Made by a program: the position numbers and the translations under genes
Source: Dipteris shenzhenensis
Lineage: Eukaryota
Assembly (NCBI GenBank): GCA_047967505.1
Contig: CM106538.1
Length of the DNA stretch: 64,000 bases
Strand: one strand, 5' to 3'
Shown here: positions 37,743 through 50,680 of the stretch, piece by piece
Numbering within the stretch: the first letter of the stretch is position 1
Layout of the letters: each line of letters opens with the position of its first letter
Notes under the pieces: model-generated
Seen by the model: the letters and a program-made list of their open reading frames with translations, nothing else
The model's database searches: none
Told to the model about the DNA's origin: nothing

Positions 37743-40700
37743 GTTCTCTGCCAGAGAGAGCATGGAAGGGGGCAGGAGAGAAATTTTCCTGGGTGCGGTG
37801 AATTGTTTCTCTGCCCTTAAAGCCTTTATATAGCTAGACTTGCCACCATCCAACTCTTTTCCCCTTCATTTCTTGTGTCAGTTGTGCAACTGTGGGTGCC
37901 TATTGCTGCTAAGAGCACACAATCCACCTGTTGGATTTTGCTGGTAGCCCAGCCTAGCGTAGGTAGTCATGCATCTACATCATCACCTAGCCATGACGTG
38001 CAATTAGATGGTTGCCATGCTAGAATTTCTTGGTCATCAATGCCAAGATCATGATAATTCAATAGGAAGAGGGGGGAGAAGCGGTGGCACATGCACCCAA
38101 CTTACTGGTAGCCTAGCCTAGCCTAGCCTAGGCAATCATTTACATCATTGTCTAGCCATGTTTACCATGGGAGAATTTCTCGATCACTGGAGCCAAGATC
38201 ATAATAATTCAATGGGATGAGGGGGGAGGAGCGGTGGCATATACACCCAAATTTGTTGGTAGCCCAGCCTAGCATAGGCAGTCATATACATCATCATGCA
38301 ATTAGATGGTTGCTCATGATGTGAGATTAGATGGTTGCTCATGACGTGCGATTAGATGGTAATTCTAACAGTGTGATATGCCGTGCGATTAGATGGTTAC
38401 TCATGACGTGCGATTAGATGGTAATTCTAACAGTGTGATATGTTCTTACAGTCTATCTCCAGCTTAATGCTAGTTCTCATTCTAAACTATTGTTATTATA
38501 GCCTGATAAACTGACTGAATGCTAATCTATGCTTGTGTACTAGATGCAAAGTCATTGTTATTATAGTTTGATTCCAACTCAATGCTAATCTGAGCCTTTG
38601 AATTAGATGGTCCCTCATGCACATTAATCATTGTTATTATAGTCTGATTCCGAATGAATGCTAATTTGAACCTATGAATTAGATGGTCCCTCATGCACAA
38701 TCATTCTCACTAAAACAAGCTCGGTGGTTGTTTGGGATTTACTTTTTTCCTTGTTTGGGATTTAGTGAAACGAGCACGGTGGTTGTTTAGGATTTACTAA
38801 AGATTAGATTTTGTGGGGATTGCAGGTAATCCTAAACCAATGCTAATGCATTTTGTTGCTAGCGCCTATCTCCTCTGGCAAGTGCCTAACTCCTCTAGCC
38901 TTAATTGGTGTTTGAGCTAACCCAATCATGATTGCATGATGTTCCAACCACCGAGATGGCTTAGGACAATCACAATAAGTCCAAGCTAGCCTGGTTCTAG
39001 TGTTTGAGCTGAACTAGCCACATGGTTGCATGATATTCCAACCACTAGGCTCGTTTAGGACAATCACATAACTGGTATTTAAGCTGACCCAACCACGATT
39101 GCATGATTTTCCAACCACCGAGCTAGTTTAGGACAATCACATTAAGTCCTAGCCAGAGCTTGGTTCTGGTGTTTGAGCTAAACTAGCCACACGGTTGCAT
39201 GATATTCCAACCACCAGGCTGGTTTAGGACAATCACATTAAGTCCAAGCCAGCCTAGTAGTAAACTATCCTAAAGCTCAATCACAAACAACCACCGGGTT
39301 AGTTTAGGCAACCACTGACCTATGTTGTATCAAGAAATGAAACAAGTAAACTATCCCAAAGCTCAATCACAAGCAACCATTGGATGGTTTAGGCAACCAC
39401 TAACCTGTGTTGTATCAAGCATGTGTATGATGTGCTCGTCAAACATCTTGCATCCCATCTGCTTTCTACAGATGACCTTGTTATTTGGAGAAACTCTCAA
39501 GAGATGCACGAAGAGTGGAAGCAATTCCTAATCATCCCAATTCGCGTAGTCTATGGGCTTCAACAGGACCCAAGGAAAGGAGAGACATTGCAATAGTGAT
39601 GATGTTTTGGCACAAAAATACAAGGTGTTGATAGGGTTGTCACTCTATGAACTTTAGGGTGTAGGCTAAAGCTTGTGAAGACCCAAGAATGGTATTTACC
39701 TGAATGGCCTAATGTTGCTTCCTCGAAGGCTACCACCAATTGTGACATCACAGCTCATTTTCTTTACTCTAATGGCAATGATCGAATGCATGCATCTGAA
39801 ACAACTGCTTCCTGTTGCTGCTTTGTAAGGAGTCTTTTGTTCCTTGTGCCCTGACCAAGCTTTTCAGCTTTTCTATCTCATAGCCCAAAGCTTCACTTGT
39901 AGGCCATGGTTGAGCTGCATGTTGCCATGGTGACGATCAATGAAAGACAACAATGCCAAACCAAAACAAAGAGAAGCTAGCTTTGAAGATAACTTACCTG
40001 AATGAAGACAATAGCAAACCAAAGTTTGCGCAAGGTCACATCGAGGTGCATGCAGGTTGCAAGGCATTTGCAGGGTGTTTGTGAAAACCCAAAATTTATA
40101 GGAGTAGCAAAATTTCAGCTGTCAGTTTTTCCCCCTCCGGCGATACACGTCAGCAGAATTGGATATCCCAAACAAATGCAATGTGGCCTAAAATACTTCA
40201 AAACACAAATAGGCCAAAGGACATGCTATCGGGTTTAATGTTGTGTATTATTAAATGAAAATACCTTTGGCATGCTTATGAGCCATATAGAAAGCAAGTG
40301 CATGGAAAAAGAAACAATTGAAAATTATAAATAGTGTTGGATTTATTAAAATATATTTTCACATGCACAAATTGCACTTTTCCAACTTCTTCCATTTTAG
40401 GGTGAACCTAGATACCAATACTAACAACTATCAATGTTTTAAGACCACCATGCACTAGTCCCAATAGTTTGGATTCCAAATTTTTAATTTGTTTTGGTTT
40501 TTAGAACAAATCAAAAAAAAGTTATGGACCGTGCCCTCAAATGGGAATGCATCACTTTACATAATATTGGAGGCACATTAACCCATCCATAATGATCTCA
40601 TTTAAGTATGTTCTTGGGTTGAGGAGAAACTCACATAGTGTACTTTAGAATGATTACTTGGTTGCATGTATGTATAGAACAAAATTTTTATGTTTTTGAA

Positions 40701-40960
40701 TAAATTGCTATATCCTATAGTCTTCAGGATGCATGCTTCACATGCAACATAGCTCTTGTAATGCTTTAACGGCATTCCAAATCCTTATTCCATAATTTTT
40801 TGCTCTCATGTTCAAGTTTGGAATTGTACTACAGCTTGAAGACAAAGTTTGTCAAATTCCGTTGAGCAATGCATAAGTTATAGGTCATGCAAGATACTTA
40901 TATACAGAAAAGTCCCTGAACCTCACTAAAAATGGCTACACCCAAGCAAACAATGACCCC

Positions 40961-41243
40961 CTCCAAGCCCTTCTGCATGAACCACAATTTGGCCGATAGC
41001 TACCAGCTCACAAAGTTCCTACCAGTGAACTTGGCGATGGATTTCTTTGTCTTCTTCATTGACTCCATGCTTTCAATCTAGCATGCACAACCCGATTCGA
41101 GCAACAATTGAGAGCACACATTAGCTAGAACTTCTAAAGGATCTTTGGAACGATGATGCACTTTACTCCTTGGCCTCTTTGTCTTCCACACCAGCACACG
41201 ACCATTGATATCAAGACTGCCTAGCCTGAATCTTTGCTCATGA
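40961..41243 (-). pseudogene. Copia leader and gag N-terminus (ATG ~41068)
   Basis: MESMKKTKKSIAKFTGRNFVSW*LSAKLWFMQKGLE, a Copia Gag N-terminal motif. Confidence 0.75.
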
Positions 41244-41710
41244 CACAACAACACAAAGCAAATATAGACGTGCTTGGTAGATGCGCAAAATAGCGGGCGC
41301 GTCTATAGGCGTTGCTCTAGTAGAGAAATTACGGGCGCGTCTATAGTCGCGGCTAAACGCTCGTCTATTTGCACGTAAATCACCGCGTTTATTTGCGCGT
41401 TAGATCTGAGAAAATACGGGCCCGTCTAACATCCCGTTTATTAGCGCGTCTATTTGCGCGTGTATTTGCGTGTCTATTTGCACGTTTATTTGCGCGTTTA
41501 CACTGAGACTCAGACGCACATTTAGACGCGTAAATAGACGCGCTCCAAAGAATACAGAAAGTGAGATTTTGGTGTACATCATTGCTTTCCAAACATTGCC
41601 CATGATTACCAAAGCACATAATTTTTTGCAAGCCCACATATACAAGAATTAAGGGAAATGAGGAGAATGAGACAATATGTAAAATAGTTTTGCCAATATC
41701 AATTGTGGGG

Positions 41711-44178
41711 CTACGGTTCAATCTCATCCTCAATGAGATCAACCCTTGCCAAACTATCTACTTCAAAATCCAAACAAGTGTTTAGATCTACAAATACATT
41801 CAACCCACTACTACTTGTGCCACTCATGTGCTCATCGAAATCAACATCTCCAATGGTAGGCTCGTCCTCACGGGTAATGCCGGCCTCAATATCTATATCT
41901 CCTATCTCATGATCATCCTCCTCTCTTGTATCACGGTCATCATCACGTCCATGGCCATGATCATCCTCCATATGCTCCATATTAGTAAATGTACTATACA
42001 TCACTTTGGAACGTGGCATAATAGGTATGACATGCCACCACCTATTATTATCCACCATTGGTTGATAGACAACCTAATTCAAACACAAATACAATCATGT
42101 TACTTTTCTTGCATCAAATATTTAAAAGCGAGTATTTTTATGTGTGTGCACACAGTACCTGTTCACATTGTTGCGGTAGTACTAGTGTGTCCTTCCTACT
42201 TTGCTAAAACTTTGTGGAGTCAATAGTTACAAAGCCACTTGCATGGCGTTTGATTGTTGCATTAGGGCCTCTTTGCACCATGTCCTTAAACCACTTTACA
42301 TCCAAAACATACACAAAGAAGCGTCGAAAGTCAAGCATAATGATATCTTGGATTATGCCACAATAATCATGCATGGCTCCATTGGCTCCCTCAAAGCTAG
42401 CAATGACGCCGCAATCTTGTGTGTTTCTCTTATCATCAATCCGTTGTGTTCGAAAATGCTTGCCCTCACACCATATAGCATTGAACATAGTGCACTACAC
42501 CAAGAAAAAATCAATTAAATAAGCAATCTAGATTATAAAAAGCTCCTAACTTATGCATAACATTCTATATACCGACCTTGCTCATGCATCCCCTAGCATA
42601 CTCCCATTCTTCGATTGTGATATGCATCCCCTCGTCTTTCTCTGCTTTCTCCATTTCATCAAGTAGCCAATCCACATGAATATCCTTTGGAAGTGCTCTT
42701 AGACGCTGAGGGTATGGCACACGAGATCCGTGGTGTGTACGAAAAGAGGGCCATAGCCTGGGAAGTCATGCATCGTCCACATCAAGACTGCTTTGCAGTT
42801 GAAGTCTCATGAGAGGGAGGCCTACTCACATCATGCACCTCGATACCTCTCCAAAGTATCTCTAGCTCATCAATCAAAGGCTCCAAATAAACATCAGGGT
42901 TTTTGACTTTATGTTTCCATGGAATTAGAAGGGACAGCATGACATGTCCTTTCTTAATAGCCATAGAGGGTGGAAGATTGTAATTCACCAATACCACTGG
43001 CCATACACTATAAGACGTGCTTTTGACACCAAATGGGTTCACACCGTCCATACCCAATCCAAGTCTCAAGCTCCTAGGTTCTTCCTTGAAGCTTGGCCAT
43101 GTGTCTTCAATATGCTTCCATGCAGGAGAGTCCGCGGGAGTTCTCCACTTGCCATCGGTTGATCGATGGGAGGAATGCCATGACATGAGCTCTGCAATAG
43201 ATTTGCACTTGAACATATGTTGGATGCGAGGGATTATGGGAAAATGTCGCAATACCTTACGAGGCACGTCCAAGGTTTTGAGATCTGCTCTATATCTTGC
43301 CTCTCCACAAGTAGGACACTCTCTTGCATCCTTATGTAGTCCACGAAACAAAACGCAATCGTTGACACATGCATGGATGTGCTTGTAATCTAATCCTCCA
43401 AGAGAGGTCACATGTTGCCTTGCCATATCTCTTGAGGTCGGTAATTTATTCTCCCTTGGAAGCATTTTACACAATAGCCTGCACGTGAAGACCATAAATG
43501 AGGAAAAGCATTCGAGTAATTGACCCACTAGCATAATTCACCATGTTTGCAAAATCGACTTTAAAGCTTACTTGAGTAATGCATTCAAACTTGCATTGCT
43601 CCATCCATAGATGGTTTGCAAGTTTAGTAACTCAAGGGAGGCACGTAGAACATGAGAGAATGTGCACCCCTCAAATAGTGGAGTCGATGTTGCGGTAAAA
43701 AGATCATCCCTTGATGGACATATAAATCCCGCACCATATCATCAAACACCTCCTCCTCCATGGCTTCATGAGGTAATGGTGGAGGGCTACTATCACCATC
43801 ACTCCATGCATCCGTAACAGTCCCTCCTAAAGATCCCACCTCATATCGCCGACGCTTCGCCTCCTCACAACGGGCATAGGGTAACATGTGCGGGTGTGGC
43901 ACTGCATCCTGTATCAAATTAAAACGGGATCATAACTCAAACATATGAACACTCATAGGTATCTCAATCAACCTTAACTTACAAACCCTTACCCTGTTTA
44001 CGGTCACATCCCATTCTCCATACTTTGAGATATGATTGAGCGTAATCCTGCGTGCACGATACATGTTTCCTTGACATCGATCACACAGACATTTGATTTT
44101 TTGCTCCAACCACATTTCGCGATGGTGGATACGGAGGGATTCATCCTCACTGGAGCTGCTTGTTGAAGATGGAGACAT
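41711..44178 (-). pseudogene. Outer element transposase (TnpD-like), spliced, with a frameshift (~42805) and a large internal deletion (~42750)
   Basis: CLCDRC N-terminus; IHACVNDCVLFR..CPTCGEARY; DSPAWKHI..LRLGLGMDGVNPF..WPVVLVNYNLPP; WTMHDFPGYG joined directly to the late region; QDCGV..DVKWF; acidic tail. Confidence 0.92.
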
Positions 44179-44234
44179 CCTACAAACAAACAACCCACCA
44201 AATTTGCTCTTCTTCAAATGCTTAACTTAAACTC

Positions 44235-45155
44235 TGTGTTGCGTCTATCATCGCGTCTATCGTCGTGTCTAATGTCGCATCTAACAGCGCGTCTAAACGC
44301 GCGTCTACGCTGTGTATTTAAACACGGCTGTAGATGTGCTAATAGACGCGACTATAGACGCATCTACTCTGTGTATTCAGATGCGACTATAGACGCGCTA
44401 ATAGATGTGACTATAGACGCAACTTTTAAACCTGCTTTTCGGCGCGCCGCTCGCTTTGCTTTTCTTTTCACTACTTAAACTTCGCGAGCGGCTTTCTTCC
44501 TTCTTTATTACTAGTTCTATAGATTCGAAGCTTAAGAGAGAGCCTCCCATACACAGTTCCAAGCTTTCACTCAAGAGAAAGGGACCGTCCCTACACTTGC
44601 TTCCAAGCCTAAAGAAGAGGAGGAGTACGAACAAGGAGAAGAAACAAGTTTGGAAAAGAAAGATCCTTCCATACCTTTTTCCAAGTAAGTCCTTTTGAAG
44701 TTGTTCTTGCTTGCTCTTTCCAGTTTTGTACTTTCTCGCATCCACGAAACGCAGCATCTAGGTATGAGCGACACGTTCTTTTGTCGGGCGAAACGTCCTT
44801 TTCGACTTTTTAGTATTCTCGCCTGTCGAAGCGCGTGTATAGAGGCATCTGAGGATGCGTCTAAACGCGCATCTACAGGCGCATCTATCTACGCGTCTGG
44901 CTTGTTACAGACACACACAGACGCGTATGTAGACGCTCACACAGACGCCCTGTTAAATGGAGTTTTAAATGCACTATTAGACGCGCTGTTAGACGGATGT
45001 TTAGACGGACTGTTAGACACACTGTTAGACGCGCTTGTAAACGCACTGTTAGACGGATTGCTGGACGGACTATTAGACACGGTTTTACTTGAATTGTTAA
45101 ACGCTCTGTTAGACGCGTCTATAGATGCGTAGATCAGACGGGTTTATAGACGCGC
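44235..45155. promoter_or_regulatory. Divergent intergenic region of the outer element with two clusters of its TAGACGC(G) motif (~44240-44420, ~44830-45155)
   Basis: Same motif as the terminal arrays at 41260-41545 and 58000-58255; regulatory role is inferred. Confidence 0.6.
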
Positions 45156-45691
45156 TCTGACAGAGCCTCTTTTTTTTTCCCCTTTCTTCTCAACTCCCAA
45201 AGTAATAGATTTGTTTCCTTTTTTCCAGTTCAACATGTGGGGAGGAAGTGCTTCTAGCTCACCTGATCTGCGGGAATCGATATGGAAGGATTTATATAAC
45301 ATTTTAGGGCACCCTCCTAGTCCTGCGGAGTTATACGGGTACATGACGGGTACCCTTAACACTCCCCAGGAGTCGGCACTACAGACTCCGAGCCACCCCA
45401 CACCGCCTGAGATCACACTACAAGGCATAGGCCATTTTCCGACGGAAATACCGACGCTTTTTACATTAAAAATTTTTTTTTTCACGGGCGCAAAGGTCGC
45501 TATAAAAGTCGTTAAAATCGTCGGAAAAGGAGCGTCGCTATATAGCGACGCTGTTAATCGTCGCTATATAGCGACGATGTAAACGTCGCTATATAGCGAC
45601 GATGTAAACGTCGCTATATAGCGACTCTGTTAATCGTCGCTATATAGCGACACTGGTAAACGTCGCTATATAGCGACGATTAACAGAAGGT

Positions 45692-45762
45692 AAAAAAAAT
45701 GGTTAGTGGGGCTAAACAGGGCCAAAAGGAAGCCCTGTTTAGCCCCACTAACCATTTTTTTT
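45692..45762. repeat. Perfect 31-bp-stem hairpin with a 9-nt loop
   Basis: A8-TGGTTAGTGGGGCTAAACAGGGC caaaaggaa GCCCTGTTTAGCCCCACTAACCA-T8. Confidence 0.95.
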
Positions 45763-45954
45763 TTTTTGTAATTACAAAAGAAAGTTTTTTATAACAAAAT
45801 TTCCCTTGCTTGCAGGGTGATACAAAATTGTTCTTGTGAACGATGAGGAAGAAATGCATATACATATACAACTGTGTTTGAAACAAAATTACCCTGTGAA
45901 AGGGCGATACAAAATGGCTCTAACGAGCGGATATGAAAAATGCTACTACCACTA

Positions 45955-47530
45955 CTAATCCGAATCCAAATCCGAATCGTCTTGTTGGGCTGTTCCCTGG
46001 TCCTCGGCACCTGCATCTTCTCCCTCGTCCCCGACACCTGCGTCTTCTCCTTCGTCATCGGCACCTGCGTCCGATCCTTGCCCCTGTTGATCGCTCGTCT
46101 CGGATGATGGGACGCTTGAGCTTTGACCCTGAGAGTGAACCATATAAATCGAAAATTAGATTGGAACTTAAATTAAAAAGTGAGATTACAAGCAGGAGTA
46201 AACTTATACCGTGCGAGCAGCCACCTCAGCCCAATCGACTGTCGCTCCCATTGCCTCTTGCTCAATGAACCACGGCTTGGTTCCTATCCGAAATGCGCGC
46301 CGCGTCTCTGCATCCGTAGGAAGACGACCCATCGCAGCTTGCTGTGGATCCAATTTACGAGAGTTAGAGTTAGCTAAAGTGCATGTAATATGTAAGTAAA
46401 ACAAATAGAACAATACATTAAATGGAAAGAAGTAAACTTACCACGGTTGCCTCGAACGCATACCGTCCACCTGCACCAAAGTGCGAAGTACCTACAACAT
46501 CCAGCCGTCTCTTCGCAGCCCTCCTCTGACCCTCGAACATTTCAGGATGGTCCCTATTCTGCTTCTTCAAGAACTTCCAATCAGCTTTGTCTGCCCAGCT
46601 GGGTTTAGACAACCCCTTTGTAATGGAAGTACGCATGGTTGATCTGCGATGCTTTAGGACCAAACCCATGCGCTCGAGCATATAACTGTTATTAAACTCC
46701 ACATTTGGCGGATTAGGAAATCTGAGTTTTAACTCATCGATCACCGCCTGCTTCTTTTGGCCATCTTGATACCGCCAATCGATATTTATGCCGCTCTTGA
46801 AGTGATGACTCATCAACCGCCTCATGGCGGCCATCACTGCTTTGCCCTTTTTGTCTTCTATTATCTCTCCGGCAGATGTGATTTGATAGGAGAGATCCCC
46901 TGATGAGTAAGGGGGACTGACGGTAGCAGAGTCTAAAGGAGTGGAAGCTGCGCGACCGCTTCCAGATCGAGGAGTAGCTGTGGGAGTAGGAGAGGGAAAG
47001 GGACCTGACTGATACTGTGTCTCCGGACCAAGTGGAGACCTAAAGGAGCGTGAGTGTGCTGACTCGTCTACATCTCCTGAGTCAGCACAACATGAGCCGC
47101 CCATCCTACTCTTCCTTCCCTTGCGGGAGGCATGCGCAGGTGATGATCCCGCGGTCGAAGGGGCGTGAGGGGATGGCTGGGTTGTACGTCCACCCGTCAG
47201 TGTAGGGGAAGGAATTGCGGAGGTCCTCTGAGAGAGCAGAGAGAAGAATCTCGCTGCCTCCTCATCGCTCATCTGCGCTACAAACTCGTCAGGAGTCCCA
47301 ACAAAGCCATGCGCGGCTAGCAAAGGAGTCCCCTGAGGGGTAGTCGCAGTGCTACGTGGAAGAGGGGTCGGACCAGGGGTAGTCACAGTGCTAGGACCGA
47401 GAGGAGTCGGACCAGGGGTAGTCCTCGGGGTAGTCGCCTGAGAGGAATCAAAGTCCTCTGGAGCATATAGATCGTGAGCTCTCCTCCTGCGAGGCTGTCC
47501 GTACTCGTCGGATGAGCGACGTGATCCCAT
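45955..47530 (-). CDS. Inner element ORF2 (TnpA/Transposase_24-like), apparently intact; exons 47530-46442, 46341-46210, 46128-45955
   Basis: Open frame across phase-0 GT-AG introns; P/S/T-rich N-terminus; YQITSAGEII, RFPNPPN, HFGAGG, GRLPT, acidic tail; homologous to the outer ORF2 with the same intron positions. Confidence 0.8.
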
Positions 47531-47789
47531 GTCTAACATAGACACAAACACGAAAACAGAAAACAAATAAACAAACATGAGCATTCTCATAGGCATAGGC
47601 ATAGGCAAGAAGAAAGAAGAGGGAAAGGAAAGAGGGAAAGAAGAGGGAAAGATAAGAGGGAAAGAAGATGTAAAGGAAAGAAAAGAATGAGAACGAGGAA
47701 ATAGAGAATGAGAGAAAGGGAAAGAGATGAGGGAAAATAGAGAATGAGAGAAGGGGGAAATGAGAGAAGGGGGAAATAGAGTGGGAAAT

Positions 47790-50680
47790 AGAGAATGAGC
47801 TTATGCAGAAATAGAGAATGAGCTTATGCTTCTCTCATTCTCTATTTGCGCATAAGCTCACGCATGTGCATGAGCTTATGCGGAAACTTAAGCATAAGCT
47901 CATGCACATGCATGAGCATAAGCATGAGAAGGATGAGTTTCCGCATGCTTATGCTCATGCGGAAAAAGAGAAGGAGCTTATGCAGAAAAAGAGAAGGAGA
48001 GAAGCATCTCTCATTCTCTATTTCCACATAAGCTCCTTCTCTTTTTCCGCATGAGCTTATGCTTATGCTCATGGGTGAGCATGAGCTTATGCTCATGTTT
48101 CCGCATATGCGAAAATAGAGGAGGAGAGAAGCATAAGCTTCTCTCATTCTCTATTTCCGCATATGCTCACGCAAAAGAGAAAGAGAAAGAGCTTATGCGG
48201 AAAGAGAGAAAGAGCTTATGCGGAAAAAGAGAATGAGATCCGCATATGCTTCTCTCATTCTCTATTTCCGCATAAGCTCCTGCGGAAACTTCCGCATAAG
48301 CTCATGCTCATGAATAAGCATAAGCTCATGCTTATGCTCATGCGGAAATAGAGAAGGAGCTTATGCGGAATGAGAGAAGGAGCTTATGCGGAATAAGAGA
48401 AGGAGCTCATGCGGAAACTTGCGGAAACTTGCATGCGGAATAAGAGAAGGAGCTTATGCGGAAAAAGAGAATGAGAGAAGCATATGCGGATCTCATTCTC
48501 TATTTCCGCATAAGCTCTTGCGGAAACTTACGCATAAGCTCATGGACATGAATGAGCATAAGCATGAGCTTATGCTTATGCTCATGCATAAGCATAAGCA
48601 TAAGCTCATGCTCATGCTCATGCGGAAAAAGAGAAGGAGCTTATGCGGAAAGAGAGAAGGAGCACTTGCGGAAACTTGCGGATAAGCTCTTGCGGAAACT
48701 TGCGGATAGCCTATGCTTATGCTTATGCGGAAACTTGCGGAAACTCATGCTTATGCTCATGCGGAAATAGAGAAGAAGCATAAGCATGAGCATAAGCATA
48801 AGCATAAGCATAAGCATGAATGAGCATAAGCATGAGCTTATGCTTATGCTTATGCATAAGCATAAGCATAAGCTCATGCATAAGCTCATGCTTATGCTCA
48901 TGCGGAAACTTGCGAAGGAGCTTATGCGGAATGAGAGAAGGAGCTTATGCGCAAAAAGAGAAGGAGCTTATGCGGAAAAAGAGAAGGAGCACTTGCGGAA
49001 ACTTGCGCATAAGCTCTTGCGGAAACTTGCGCATAAGCTCATGACAAGCTCCTTCTCTCATTCCGCATAAGCTCCTTCTCTATTTCCGCATGAGCATAAG
49101 CATAAGCTCATGCTTATGCTCATGCGGAAATAGAGAAGGAGCTTATGCGGAATGAGAGAAGGAGCTTATGCGGAAAAAGAGAAGGAGCTCATGCGAAAAC
49201 TTGCGGAAACTTGCATGCGGAATAAGAGAAGGAGCTTATGCGGAAAAAGAGAATGAGAGAAGCATATGCTTCTCTCATTCTCTATTTCCGCATAAGCTCT
49301 TGCGGAAACTTACGCATAAGCTCATGGACATGAATGAGCATAAGCATGAGCTTATGCTTATGCTCATGCATAAGCATAAGCATAAGCTCATGCTCATGCT
49401 CATGCGGAAAAAGAGAAGGAGCTTATGCGGAAAGAGAGAAGGAGCACTTGCGGAAACTTGCGCATAAGCTCTTGCGGAAACTTGCGCATAAGCTCATGAC
49501 AAGCTCCTTCTCTCATTCCGCATAAGCTCCTTCTCTATTTCCGCATGAGCTCCTGCATGAGCTTATGCTTATGCTTATGCATAAGCATAAGCATGAGCTT
49601 ATGCTTATGCTTATGCATAAGCATAAGCATAAGCTCATGCTTATGCTCATGCGGAAATAGAGAAGGAGCTTATGCGGAATGAGAGAAGGAGCTTATGCGG
49701 AAAAAGAGAATGAGAGAAGCATATGCTTCTCTCATTCTCTATTTCCGCATAAGCTCTTGCGGAAACTTACGCATAAGCTCATGCGGAAGAATGAGCATAA
49801 GCATGAGCTTATGCTTATGCTTATGCATAAGCATAAGCATAAGCTCATGCTTATGCTCATGCGGAAAAAGAGAGGGAGCTTATGCGGAAAAAGAGAAGGA
49901 GCACTTGCGGAAACTTGCGGATAAGCTCTTGCGGAAACTTACGCATAAGCTCATGCTCATGAATGAGCATAAGCATGAGCTTATGCTTATGCTTATGCAT
50001 AAGCATAAGCTCATGCTTATGCTCATGCGGAAATAGAGAAGGAGCTTATGCGGAATGAGAGAAGGAGCTTATGCGGAAAAAGAGAATGAGAGAAGCATAT
50101 GCTTCTCTCATTCTCTATTTCCGCATAAGCTCTTGCGGAAACTTACGCATAAGCTCATGCTCATGAATGAGCATAAGCATGAGCTTATGCTTATGCTTAT
50201 GCATAAGCATAAGCATAAGCTCATGCTTATGCTCATGCGGAAATAGAGGAGGAGCTTATGCGGAAAAAGAGAAGGAGCACTTGCGGAAACTTGCGGATAA
50301 GCTCTTGCGGAAACTTACGCATAAGCTCTTGCGGATGAATGAGCATAAGCATGAGCTTATGCTTATGCTTATGCATAAGCATAAGCATAAGCTCATGCTT
50401 ATGCTCATGCGGAAATAGAGAAGGAGCTTATGCGGAATGAGAGAAGGAGCTTATGCGGAAAAAGAGAATAAGAGAAGCGTATGCTTCTCTCATTCTCTAT
50501 TTCCGCATAAGCTCTTGCGGAAACTTACGCATAAGCTCATGCTCATGAATGAGCATAAGCATGAGCTTATGCTTATGCTTATGCATAAGCATAAGCATGA
50601 GCTTATGCTTATGCTCATGCGGAAATAGAGGAGGAGCTTATGCGGAATGAGAGAAGCATAAGCATAAGAGAATAAGAGGG
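47790..50680. repeat. 2.9-kb palindromic minisatellite array (GCATAA/TTATGC, ATGAGC/GCTCAT, GCGGAAA units) flanked by purine-rich tracts
   Basis: A ~68-bp near-perfect palindrome GAGCTTATGCGGAAAAAGAGAATGAGAGAAGCAT|ATGCTTCTCTCATTCTCTATTTCCGCATAAGCTC recurs at ~48450, 49232, 49689, 50065, 50447. Confidence 0.95.

Larger units (their letters stand above)
32777..40960 (-). mobile_element. Sola2-like DNA transposon, copy 2 (non-autonomous, transposase core absent), inserted in Copia gag
   Basis: Ends AGGGTCAATGTTTACTTGGGTTAGCC and GGCTACACCCAAGCAAACAATGACCCC; flanks CTCC(C) at 32772-32776 and CTCC(A) at 40961-40965; removing it rejoins gag in frame (MQKGLE|IVSKSE). Confidence 0.8.

Noticed and set aside
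21697-40960. Single giant element with ~2.5-kb TIRs
   Set aside because: Each half has its own second terminus (30850, 32777) and the outer flanks share no TSD; these are two copies in opposite orientation
45377-45390. Alternative CACTACA left terminus
   Set aside because: Preceded by CGG, which does not match the TCA after the right end; 45416 gives a perfect TSD
47790-50680. CRISPR-like array, or real proteins from the many HKLMLM ORFs
   Set aside because: No unique spacers and no cas genes in a eukaryotic context; the ORFs are translations of hexamer repeats
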